Below are positions 1 to 10,739 of a stretch of DNA of 64,000 nucleotides, piece after piece. The DNA lies in contig MU008163.1 in the NCBI GenBank assembly GCA_010909165.1, positions 434,001 through 498,000 on the forward strand. Direction: 5' to 3'. Below the pieces are notes generated by a model. That model saw only the letters and a program-made list of their open reading frames with translations. It did not search any database and had not been told where the DNA came from. The stretch is from Anthoceros angustus. Lineage: Eukaryota; Plantae; Anthocerotophyta. The number at the start of each line of letters is the position of its first letter. The first letter of the stretch is position 1. Both the position numbers and the translations under genes were made by a program.

Positions 1-1340
1 TTGTGCAAGGGGACCAGACTTTTAATCTGGACCGGACCCCAGGGGCATGCTGAAGTGTTGTCAGTAGTTTCTTATTGGACATGTATGCAAAGTGTGGGAG
101 GTTCTGAAGATGCTCAAACAATGTTCCACGGATTTGGTGAAAAGATGTGGTGACATGGAATGCCATGATAGCTAAGTACCTGTAACAGGCGCCTGAAATG
201 AACCTTCACGCGCATGAAAAGAACTTGAATTCTTAACTTACCACCCCACAAATGATCTCCTTCCATCATCAGGTGGATCTGCCATTGAAAAATCTGGATG
301 TGGCGCATATCTTCTTTCCACATCGTCGAGAAAATCTCACTCTCGGAAGAAATCCTACCCCTAACTGAAAACTTATGCACCAGTCCTTCCATGTGTGTCC
401 ACCAGCTCTGGCCCGGCTGCTTCTTGCTCTTGTTTCCTGCATCTCCTGTGCCTACTGCCACATCTGGGAGCCGGTGTATGCCACTCAAGAAAGTGATGCC
501 GTCGGGCTGTATGCCCTGAGGGCCCTTCTCATTTTCTGAACCAAGTCGAAGACCTCTTCACTGTCTCCTTGACGGGTGTACCTTGCAATCAGTGCACTCC
601 AAGTGACAAACTCTCTTTTCGGGCAATCACCAATTGTGCATCAACCATACCCCTGACTTTGTTTATCAAGCTGATGGCTCCAAGCAGATCAAGTCGAAGA
701 CCTCGGTCCTTAATTTGTGCACCAAGCTGCTTGCCCATATGCAAAGGTGCCACATTTGCACATGCATCAAGTACGCCAACAATTGTCACAGCATCTGGTC
801 CAACCTTGCCTTCCTCTTGCATCACAAGGTTAAGACTGAGGCTTCATGGCCCATGCCCTGCTGAGAATACCCTCCTATCTATATATATCATGGCATTCCA
901 TGTCACCACATCTTTTCACCAAATCCGTGGAACATTGTTTGAGCATCTTCAGAACCTCCCACACTTTGCATACTTGTCCACCAAGCAATTCCAGACGAAC
1001 AAACGAGGCTCAACGGCACTGGCCAACACATCAGCATGCACGTCCTGCCCAGTTTTTCGAGTGTGTTTTCCTTGCACCAGCCTGAAGGCACGCTATGCAA
1101 ACATGGCCATTCGGCTTCAGCATTTGACCTGGGCATCTGCTCATGAAGTCTTACCGCCTGCTTATATATCGTCCTTGCCGAACATGCGCAGAATCTTTAT
1201 GGAAGACCACATGAAGGCAGAAATTATGGATGACCACATGAAGGCAGAAATTATGGATGACCACATGAAGGCATCTGGCTTGTCCACCATGCTGAACACT
1301 CAAATAGCTTCTTTCAACCTTCTTTCATGAACAGCATACA
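1..1340 (-). pseudogene. PLS-class PPR protein pseudogene (minus-strand body, plus-strand PPR motif at ~1-170)
   Basis: Minus-strand translations include MQEEGKVGPDAVTIVGVLDACANVAPLHMGKQL, LFVWNCLVDKYAKCG, DVVTWNAMI and KPDAFMWSSIISA. These are typical PLS PPR motifs, broken by many frameshifts. Confidence 0.85.
1197..1273. repeat. 27-bp tandem repeat (GACCACATGAAGGCAGAAATTATGGAT, ~2.8 units) inside the PPR remnant
   Basis: Units start at 1205, 1232 and 1259. The same array recurs at ~13855-13930, ~16900-16976 and ~25033-25109. Confidence 0.95.
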
Positions 1341-1346
1341 TCCGCA

Positions 1347-2350
1347 GCACTCTGTTGGATGCTCTGAAATTTCTGCATAAGAAATCACATCTGTGATGGG
1401 ACCCTCCTCTCATGCACTCGTTTTTCAGCGGACTACAAAATAGCATGCGCTATTAACCACAAGCAAGGGTGAAACAGATGTTCTCCACGATGGCCACACC
1501 TAGCCTCATGTCATCTCGCAAAAACGAAGAAACATCTGGCCTCTGTAACATGGAGAAGACGTCATTTGTGTGGCGAAAGCAAGCAATAAGATGGGCATCC
1601 CTCAATAGCACACCTGAGCAGATGGAGAACCCATCGAGGAAGCGTGAGCTGACACAGCCGATCTGGCAGCAAGGTCTCCAACCCTAAAACGACGTTCCAC
1701 AGAGAGACAAGGTTAGCAGTCCTGCAAGTCGTGATGGACATATGTGTTTGAAGTGGGTGCAACACCATGCGGTCTGCGCATGGTAAACAGGGATGCAACC
1801 CTGCAACTGTATCACTTGTCATGCCAGATGGCCAGGTGTTTTGGACAACAGCAGGAGGCGTTTCCTGGAGGGGTTCGAATTTCTTATTTTCCGAGTCTGA
1901 AATTAGGTAGGCCGTAAGATAACGAAGTTATGAACTGTTCTCCTAACCGTCTGGGTCCCAAGAAATAAACAAGGATCCTGAGCACTACCATCAGCAGTCT
2001 TGAGCGTAGCCGTAGCCAGGAAAGAATCATGGATGGAACCAGCGCTCATCAGCTTCAGGCATCTGGCCTGGCCGGGGAACAATAATCAGACTATTCTAGA
2101 TATCCGTCTGCACAGCAACAAGTCCCGAGCTGGAACAGACATCAGTGTACTTCCTGGATACAACATCGAAATTGCATTTTTTGCGGACCAGATGTATGCA
2201 CGCAAGTTCGAGGCAAGGTTCGCAACTAAAGCTGTTTTCAAGCAAGCCATCATTCCTACAGTATACACAGCTTATCAGGAAGCTGAAGACGGCTGATTGC
2301 TGATCAATCCAAGTACCACTAAACTAAATACGTGGTTGGATTGACCAGCG
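1347..2350 (+). repeat. Repeated module downstream of ADC carrying unidentified degenerate ORFs
   Basis: Near-identical copies at ~17045-18050 and ~25180-26144. Diverged paralogs at ~60562-61260 and (inverted) ~26131-26830. Recurrent peptides: PEEKLENPARMRELTEPIWQ and YARKFKARFATKA. Confidence 0.7.
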
Positions 2351-2479
2351 AGCAGCCTAGATGTCCATCAAAGCAGGCCTGGCCAAGTAAACAGCAGTGA
2401 AGCTCCCATCCACATACAAGCGTTTCACTGTAATCTCTATATAAGCCTTGGGACCAACTACCAGATACTGTTTTCGCTT

Positions 2480-4170
2480 GCCACACACGTCCTTCCCCAT
2501 GAACTTGCACACCTTGCCATCACTATCACAGGTGAGGTCACACAGCACAGGATGGCGTGAGTGGTGGGCACCTCCTCCAGCCGCTGCAGGGGCACAATCG
2601 GGAACAGCTGCCCCAGCCCAGTAGTCTGGCAAAGATCTGAACACACTCAGGTTGATGTGAATATAGGTTGCATTGTGAGTGGGGCTCCAGAGTCGAGCTG
2701 GACGAGGTCCTGGGTTCCCCGCAATTTGGTCGACACTAGGTATGCTCCAGTTCGACCTCAGCTGCCACGAACACTTCAAGATGCCGTCCACGACATCTTT
2801 GAAACCCACACAGCATAGGTAGGGATTTTGGTGGCCAACCTCAGGCCAGAGCAGATGTCGAGCAGCAGAATTCGAAACAAGTATCTCGCACGCGTCGCCG
2901 TGGTCGACCCAAAGGATCTAAAAACAAGTCCAAGGAATTAGGGACGGAGCCAAGCCAAGTCCTGGTCTGCCCCTGGCTTTGCTCCGTCCCCTAGTTCTTT
3001 GAGGTTGTTCTTAGATCGTTTGGAACGACCACGTCGACGCTTACCACATACTTGTTTCAGAATCCTCCTGCTCGAGAGCTGTTCTGGCCTCCCTTTCAGA
3101 TCCACCTGCAGCTGTCCCTGCTCTTGCAATTCGAGGATTAGCTGCGAAATCCAACGGTGTAGGTTCCTTCCTCCACCACTTTGGACGACCGCGACAGCGA
3201 CGAAGCATTGGCACATCTGCGGCTCCTGTAGAGCTCGTGTTGCTAGCCTGAGCTCCAGCTGCCGTCGCATCCTCGGAGCTGGGCGCCGCAGCTCCTGGAT
3301 CTTGCAGGCCTGGCGGACCCCTTGCGCCTCGGGGCATTCAGTACGTAGAGCTCTCCACCACCCACTGCAGATGAGATGCCCAGAAGCGCGCCCTCACTTC
3401 CCACAAGCTCCACAGCAACCCAGCTCTAGCTCTGCCGGAGAAGAAAAAGAAAAACCCAGCACCTCGGCCCTGCTTACGGCTGCAATCACTTCCTCCAAAC
3501 CTGCAGGTTGACAGCTCCGGTGCTGAAGAGATGGGTTCACTTAGTAAACCCAGCAATACCTCTGTGGACACCTGATCCCTCATGTTGCCGCAAGTACATG
3601 CAACATGTCCAACTCTCTGACAACCTCCACTTCCCACTATCTCCGGCAATGTCACACTGAACTTGCCATCATCGCCGGAGGTCTCCTCAGTGCCCGCCGT
3701 GCTCAGTACTCAGCTTCGCCCTGAAGCCGATGACTGGCCTTCACATCCATGTCAGGTGCTGGTTGCAACCACCATGTTCGAAACCAGCTCCTCCACCTCT
3801 TCCAGCATGGTACCCGTAACGGAATTGAACTCCATCTTCCGGGCTGTCAGGCCAACGGCCATGTGCTCTGCTTCTTTGTATAACCATTACAGAAAAATTC
3901 TCTCGGTGGCTGGCCTTGGGGAGCTACGACATCAGCGTCAAGTTCCATGGTCATGAGGAGGAGGAACGGGATGAGGAGGCGCTAACTGATCCGAGGGCTC
4001 CTGCCCACCAGCTGGTCCTGGACTCCCGGAGGTCAGTCGTCTCTCCTGCCTGCGTGTGTCCTGGCCATGAGGCTGCACACGCATATGTCATGTCATTTAT
4101 TGTCCAGTGTGGGCGCCTATCCTCGACTTTGCTGCTGTTGCAGAGCTTGTCGGGGACGAACAAGCTGTCA
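2480..4170 (-). pseudogene. ADC: Arginine decarboxylase pseudogene, copy a (internally deleted, with an insert)
   Basis: HINLSVFRSLPDYW, QLFPIVPLQRLEEVPT and LCDLTCDSDGKVCKFMG match the ADC/SpeA C-terminal DLTCDSDG region. FRAKLSTEHGGH and CNGY match the barrel domain. Confidence 0.9.
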
Positions 4171-4199
4171 AGCTTGCAAGCAAGCGAATCACAAACCTG

Positions 4200-5148
4200 C
4201 AGACAACGTTCTTGTTTTCTACTGGAAGTGATTAAATCAAAACATGAGCAACTGCACATCATATTCAAGTCTGTGAGCTAGAAGAAGGATGCAAAACAAC
4301 GTTCTTGTTTTCTGCTCGACGTGATTAAATCAAAACACGAGCAACTGCAACCAAGATAACACCCATATTCCAAGTCTGTGAGCTAGAAGAAGGGAATAAA
4401 CCTACACCTACATATTCTCCGACACCTGTGTGTAAAACTTTCAAGTCCAGAAACTCAACACCAGTCCACTGTTACAAATCCGTGTAGGACACGGGGCTAC
4501 CCGGCCCTCGGCCTCGAGCCGCCGCAGCAAAACGAGTGCGAGTTCAAGCTTCTGGACGTAAGGCTGCAGACAGGCCTACGGGCCTGCGATGGAGGCGCGG
4601 ACATTGATGCAAGCGGGATTTCAAGCTAACAGCCACAGCAGCCGCCTCAAGCAGGCGGGGACATCCTCGGCATGCCCAGCAGTGCTGTGCTGGATACAAA
4701 CCGGTGCCGCTGCGGCAAGTGCTTGCAAGGCTCAGCAGGATCGCTTACAAAACCGACATCGATGCAGACCGAGGAACTACCAGCCAGGTCCACACAGGGA
4801 ACGTTTCTGCACAGCAAGGCAAGGCATTGCTTCATGACAGAGCGAGCTCAAGGAGAAGCCGCTTGCAAGCGAGCGAGATGCACATCAACACAAGGCGGGC
4901 CGATCGCTGTGGAAGGAGGCCTATGGAGGATTGATTAGGGAAGGCAGCCGGCTAGGCACGGACAATTCTGAACGCGCCGCCAACCGTATCGGCCTCGGAC
5001 AGGATATGTACAGGTAGTGTCGCGCGGAAGAACTCTCACTTCTGTCTCCCTATGGCATACAAGGCTACAAGTGCTCTCCCGCGCAAAAGCAGAAGTAGTG
5101 TCCGCGCAAAAGTAAAAACAATTTTCCGCCCGCCGGGTGTCGGCCATT
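4200..5148 (-). repeat. ADC upstream module (putative 5' leader/promoter), repeated throughout the window
   Basis: Lies 5' of ADC remnants. Copies or paralogs at ~11230-12160, 26900-27645, 31898-33060, 35380-36380, 41130-42241, 44678-45358, 48110-48600, 53161-53977, 53978-54866, 59740-60480 and 62620-63700. No convincing protein. Confidence 0.75.
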
Positions 5149-5520
5149 TGTTAGAGTATGAAGATATACCTTGATTGGGATATGCCTTTTCCTCTTCCTC
5201 CGTGGTCTGCAGGCCGTTTATTCTGCATATGACAGTTGGTCACTTTAGGTAGGGAGCTCAGTTGCTCCTCTTCACTCTGACCCCCGGGTCCCCATTTGTT
5301 GTCCCTCCTAGATGGTTTTTCCATCGTTCTTTTCACCTCAATAAATCATCATCACCTTGATTGAGATATTCTTATATTATTTCAAGGAATATATATATAT
5401 TACAAAACTATCTATAAATTATTAATTTATATACTATAATATTGAGGTTATTCACCTAACCTAATAGACCATTGGCCTTCTATCTAGGGACCATCTCTGT
5501 CTGCTGGAGTAATGCATGAA
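5149..5520 (+). mobile_element. Truncated copy of the ~194-bp solo LTR, carrying a 186-bp insertion
   Basis: Starts with TGTTAGAG after CCATT and matches 42242-42434, but lacks the CTCTAACA end. A sister copy without the insertion is at 36381-~36553. Confidence 0.75.
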
Positions 5521-6142
5521 GAGCATAGTTGTCCATGGCCATATTAGGTTCTGAGGTCTCGATCTTTGAAGTACTAAGCTTGAGGTTTGGATAAGCCTCC
5601 AAAATAGGCTTATCACTTAAACATATACTTATAAGCCTGTAAAATAAACGGCTAACTTCTGAAGCCACAAAACAAATAGAACTAGAACTAATAAAATCCT
5701 AATCCGTGACATTACCCAAAATCGGTGAGCAAACATTAGCAAAGGAACTAGAGTTTGCACCTAGAGCGATTAAAACCAAACCACCGAGAAGCAAATTGGT
5801 TGGAATCTTTGGTCTCGAGATTGGTGAGGGAGGAGGATGCGATCATCTTCCTAAATGCGAGACATTGGTTGCTTGATCTCCATCGATTCACCCGGCGAGA
5901 TGGTGTCGAGTCCGATCACCATCACGGACAATCACCTCATCAATGTGGTAGGGGCGTGGGCGAGTTGCCAACTTGACATGCATCTTGATATGTGCATGTT
6001 CACCAAATGACGCCTTTGTCTCTCCCCTATGACTACGCCTTGTCCGGGCAGAACTGCACGGCACTCTTCACATGGTAGCCCCAAGCCTAAACACATCTAA
6101 GCTGGGCAATGTCAAACAACTCTCACACTACCAATCTTACGC

Positions 6143-6345
6143 CCCAAAATGCCGTCTTGCACTTGTTTGCATCTTCTATGATAATTTGATCACCTTAAAA
6201 TGCCGTCTTGCACTTGTTTGCATCTTCTATGATAATTTGATCCCGCCCCAAAATGCCGTCTTGCACTTGTTTGCATCTTCTATGATAATTTGATCCCGCC
6301 AAAATGCCGTCTTGCACTTGTTTGCATCTTCTATGATAATTTGAT
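6143..6345. repeat. 51-53 bp tandem repeat x4 within the gypsy RT (KCKTAF region)
   Basis: AAAATGCCGTCTTGCACTTGTTTGCATCTTCTATGATAATTTGAT at 6146, 6197, 6250 and 6301. Also x4 at ~37163-37360. Confidence 0.95.
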
Positions 6346-7074
6346 TGAATCCACAGCGAAGTCGAGTGTGGTAAAATATTTAACCTTGACAATGAAGTCG
6401 AAAATTTCATTTGGCGTCAGTACCTTTCCATCGGTGTCACCTCATTCAAGGCCGATAGTCCCCACACATCCTGTGAACTTTCCACTCACCATTCTCATCC
6501 TTCTTTAAAGGTACGATGGTAGGCGCATAATCGAGTCAGAGCTTCATCGAAATTTCATTTGGCGTCGACGCCAGTACCTTTTCATCGGTGTCACCTCATT
6601 CAAGGGCCGATAGTCCCCACACATCCTGTGAACTTTCCACTCACCATTCTCATCCTTCTTTAAAATGCGACTCGGTAGCTGCATATTGCGAGTCCACTTC
6701 CCGATCGATGCATCATGCAATTCCTTATACCGCTTCTCTACACATCCCACTCAAGAGGACTCAACTGTAGCGTCTTGGAAGATGGGCTCTGGGTGGTGGT
6801 CGCGATCTTGAACTTGACAGGGCTCTTGCATTCCAGTTGAATGCAAGAGCCCCGCATTCAGATTTCGATCTTGACTTGATCTTCCTCGCTGATATCGCCG
6901 GATATCTTCCATACATGGACAATCTTGGTCACCGTCTTGCTTTTTACCTCCATAGCCATCTCGCCACTGTAGGTCTGCAAGTTTTTCTTGTCTAGAACTG
7001 GTGAATATCCTCATCTATGTCAGCAATATGTAACTAGCTGCGTTTGCGCCCTTTGCAAAGGGCCAGCTACACCA

Positions 7075-7222
7075 CTAGATCCTATACTCACAAGCCATCT
7101 CATGCAAAACATGTCAAATGCCTGCCCTAACAACTTTTTCTTGTAAGCATCCCTAATTCCCATACTTTGAGTGTCACCCGTGACAAATCCCATGGCAACC
7201 TCCACTCACCTTGGGGTTCATA
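7075..7222 (-). pseudogene. C5 cytosine methyltransferase fragment (DRM/DNMT3-like motif IX-X-type segment) in a retrotransposon
   Basis: EP..(E)EVAMGFVTGDTQSMGIRDAYKKKLLGQAFDMFCMRWLVS aligns by eye, without gaps, to the DRM/DNMT3 pattern EPxEMExxLGFPxxHTxxxGxSxxxRxKxLGNSF. Confidence 0.6.
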
Positions 7223-7247
7223 CCGAACCCCAAGAAGAAGAAGAAGA

Positions 7248-8100
7248 AGAACCCCAAGGTTTTCGCAAGGCAGCTTTGATCGTCTGACGGCCATTGTTTC
7301 CCTTACACACTTGTCACTCCTGATTGATGAACATAATTGGGTTCTGCGGATGTATGCACGCAAGGTCAAGGCAAGGTTTGCAACTAAAGCTTCTACCAAG
7401 CAAGCTCAAATTCTACAGTATATGCAGGTTATCAGGAAGCTGAAGACGGCTGATTGCTGATCAATCCAACCACTAAACTAAATACGTGGTTGGATTGATC
7501 AGCCAGGAGCCTTCCGGCAGTTAACTAGATCTACAGCAAAGCAGACCTGTCCAAGTGAACAGTCCAAGTCTGCAAAAGTTCGCTGGCTTCTGCTTGCTAG
7601 AATAAGAGTCTGACCTAGCCAGCTCACATACAATGCGCGCCGCCTCAAAAACTCCCTCCGCACCTCACAATGCTCACCCTTGGGGCGGTGCGAACCGATG
7701 TAAAAGTGGAGCATACTCCGTTTTCACATCTGTAGAGCCGTATCCGGGTGCTTACATGGTCGTTGCAGAGGTAGGTCGAGGAGCTAAAGTTGAGATCTAG
7801 GCCTGTCCAGAGTGGAGCCCTAGTACCGAACCCCAAGGTTTTCGCGAGGCAGCTTTGATAGTTTGAAGTCCATTGTTTCCCTTACCCCACACTTGTCACT
7901 CCTGATTGATGAACATAATTGGGTGCTGCGGATGTATGCACGCAAGTTCAAGGCAAGGTTTGCAACTAAAGCTTCTACCAAGCAAGCTCAAATTCCTACA
8001 GTATATGCAGGTTATCAGGAAGCTGAAGACGGCTGATTGCTGGTCAATCCAAGTACCACTAAATTAAATACTTGGTTGGATTGACCAGCGAGCAGCCTAG
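7248..8100. repeat. Tandem ~580-bp duplication of the ADC 3' region (contains LDLNFSSSTYL on the minus strand and the hairpin)
   Basis: GAACCCCAAGGTTTTC starts units at ~7249 and ~7828. The same tandem occurs at ~38245-39365. Confidence 0.8.
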
Positions 8101-8239
8101 ATGTCCATCAAAGCAGGCCTGGCCAAGCAAACAGCAGTGAAGCTCCCATCCATATACAAGCGTCTCACTGCAATGTCTATATAAGCCTTGGGACCAACTA
8201 CCAGATACTGTTTTCGCTTGCCACACGTCCTTCCCCATG

Positions 8240-10285
8240 AACTTGCACACCTTGCCATCACTATCACAGGTGAGGTCACACAGCACAGGATGGCGTGGTG
8301 GTGGGCACCTCCTCCAGCCGCTGCAGGGGCACAATCAGGAACAGCTGCCCCAGCCCAGTAGTCTGACAAAGATCTGAACACACTCAGGTTGATGTGAATA
8401 TAGGTTGCATTGTGAGTGGGGCTCCAGAGTCGAGCTGGACGAGGTCCTGGGTTCCCCTGGTCGAAGACACTAGGTATGCTCCAGTTCGACCTCAGCTGCC
8501 ACGAACACTTCAAAGATGCCGTCCACGACATCTTTGAAACCCACACAGCATAGGTAGGGGATGTTGGTGGCCAACCTCAGGCCAGAGCAGATGTCGAGCA
8601 GCAGAATTCGAAACAAGTATCTCGCACGCGTCGCCGTGGTCGACCCAAAGGATCTAAAAACAAGTCCAAGGAATTGGGGACGGAGCCAAGCCAAGTCCTG
8701 GTCTCCCCTGGCTTTGCTCCGTCCCCTAGTTGTTTGAGGTTGTTCTTAGATCGTTTGGAACAACGTCGACGCTTACCACATACTTGTTTCGAATCCTCCT
8801 GCTCGAGAGCTGTTCTGGCCTCCCTTTCAGATCCACCTGCAGCTGTCCCTGCTCTTGCAATTCGGATTAGCTGCGAAATCCAACGGTGTAGGTTCCTTCC
8901 TCCACCACTTTGGACGACCGCGACGGCGACGAGGCATTGGCGCACCTGCTGCTCCTATAAAGCTCGAGTTGCCAGCCTGAGTTGTAGCTGCCGTCGCATC
9001 CTCGGAGCTGGGCGCCGCAGCTCCTGGATCTTGGCAGGCCTGGCGGACCTCTTGCGCCTGGGGCATTCAGTACGTAGAGCTCTCCACCACCCACTGCAGA
9101 TGCAGATGCCCAGAAGCGCGCCCTCACTTCCCACAAGCTCCACAGCAACCCAGCTCTAGCTCTCTGGAGAAGAAAGAAAAACCCAGCACCTCGGCCCTGC
9201 TTACGGCTGCAATCACTTCCTCCAAACCTGCAGGTTGACAGCTGGTGCTGAAGAGAGGTGGGTTCACTGAGTAAACCCAGCAATACCTCCGTGGACACCT
9301 GATCCCCATGTTGCCCGCAAGTACATGCAAAACAAGGCCGACTGATACGACACCAGGGCCGCCAAGTTTCATAACGCAGAGTGGGCTGGCTGCTGTACAT
9401 TCTTCAGCTCGGATGGCCTCAGCCACCACCTCCTCGGCGTACTCCTCCACTCTATATCCAATGGAGATGTCAGTGTTCTCGTAATGAGAACGTCGTAGCC
9501 CACCCCTAGCCCCCACTACCCACGACGATGCTGATGAGGCTCATGAGAGCTGCCATCAAAGGCCACCTCGCAAGAAAAGGAAAGGTGAGCTGCTTCACCA
9601 TCCCCTCCCTCACAACGCGCTGAGCCCCAGGCGTTGTGCCCCGATCTACGATCTCATGTGAAAATGGAGCAGCTGCAAGCACCGGAATTCAGCATGCCCA
9701 CAATTGCCGACCTCCCTCACAACCTCCATTTCCCGCACAATCTCCGGCATTGTTAGACTGAACTTGCCAGCATCCCCGAAGGTCTCCCCTTGGTACTCAG
9801 ATTCGCCCTCAAGCCGATGACTGGGCTGCACAGCCATATATGTCCGACTGCTGGTTGCGACCACCATGTCGAATCCAGCTTTTCGGACATGTTCCAACGC
9901 GATGACGGAGTTGAACTGCATCTTCCTGGCTGTCAGGGCACGGTCGATGTACTCTGCGTCTTTGTAATCATTAGACATAAGAATGGCTAAGGAGCTGGCC
10001 TTGTGGAAGTACACCATCACCGTCAGCAGTTCCACAAATACAGCGCTGTGGTTCCAAGAGCAGTTCCATTCCGTCAGCAGCTCCACACTTAGAGCGTTGA
10101 GGTCCCGTCAGCAGTTCCACACTTACGGCGCTGTGATCCTGACAATTACTTACAGCGCTTTAGTCGAATTTCGCTTACTCCACGATGTGCCTGTGCGCAC
10201 AGCTGGATGCACACGCATTTCTTATGTCTTCTGAAGTATGGGGCACTCATCCCTCGACTTTGCTGCCGTTGCAAGGCTTGTCGGG
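8240..10285 (-). pseudogene. ADC: Arginine decarboxylase pseudogene, copy b
   Basis: SNDYKDAEYIDRALTARKMQFNSVI, GDAGKFSLT, CLQLLHFHMRS, DISIGYRVEEYAEEVV and LCDLTCDSDGK occur in the correct ADC order. Confidence 0.92.
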
Positions 10286-10739
10286 TTACCGCACACAATT
10301 AAATGAAGTGAAGACCTCCAGCAGCTTCAGCGGTGATTGTGAAAGACGATATGCAGCTTGCAAGTCGCACTTCGGAAATGGAACCTCTGCGTCACTGCAA
10401 CCACAAAGAAGCACCGTTTGCCTTATGAACGTGAAGCCAAGGCTCAACCTAGCCTGGCCTGGAAAAGCTATAGTGCAGACAGCAAAATGAAGAGAGGAAA
10501 GAGCACTTGAAAGAGATGGAAATTTGTTAAAGCCATTCTTAAGACGGAAAACTGTTAAAGACATTCTTTTAACATGGAAAATTGTTAAAGCTAGGAACCG
10601 GAAAGGTGGAAGAAGATTTCCTACCCGACGTTCTTGATAACAGTCTAAAGAAAGGGAAGGCAATTCCTGGGAGCTGTTCTTCGGCTTCTCTCGTGGGACC
10701 GTTCTTCGGCTTCTTTGCACCTGAGGGTAGTGAAAATTC

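Larger units (their letters stand above)
5930..7222 (-). mobile_element. Ty3/gypsy pol remnant (RT) with upstream DNMT-like segment
   Basis: KKDENGEWKVHRMCGDYRPLNEVT, EIFDFIVKVKYF and QIIIEDANKCKTAF are Ty3/gypsy RT motifs. Frameshifted, with internal duplications. Confidence 0.85.

Noticed and set aside
569-1330. 253-aa plus-strand ORF with MDDHMKAEI repeats
   Set aside because: It is the antisense shadow of the minus-strand PPR remnant, and the frame is not kept in other copies.
6143-6345. CRISPR-like array of ~46-bp identical repeats
   Set aside because: The units are head-to-tail with only 5-8 nt between them. There are no unique spacers or cas genes, and the unit encodes RT sequence.
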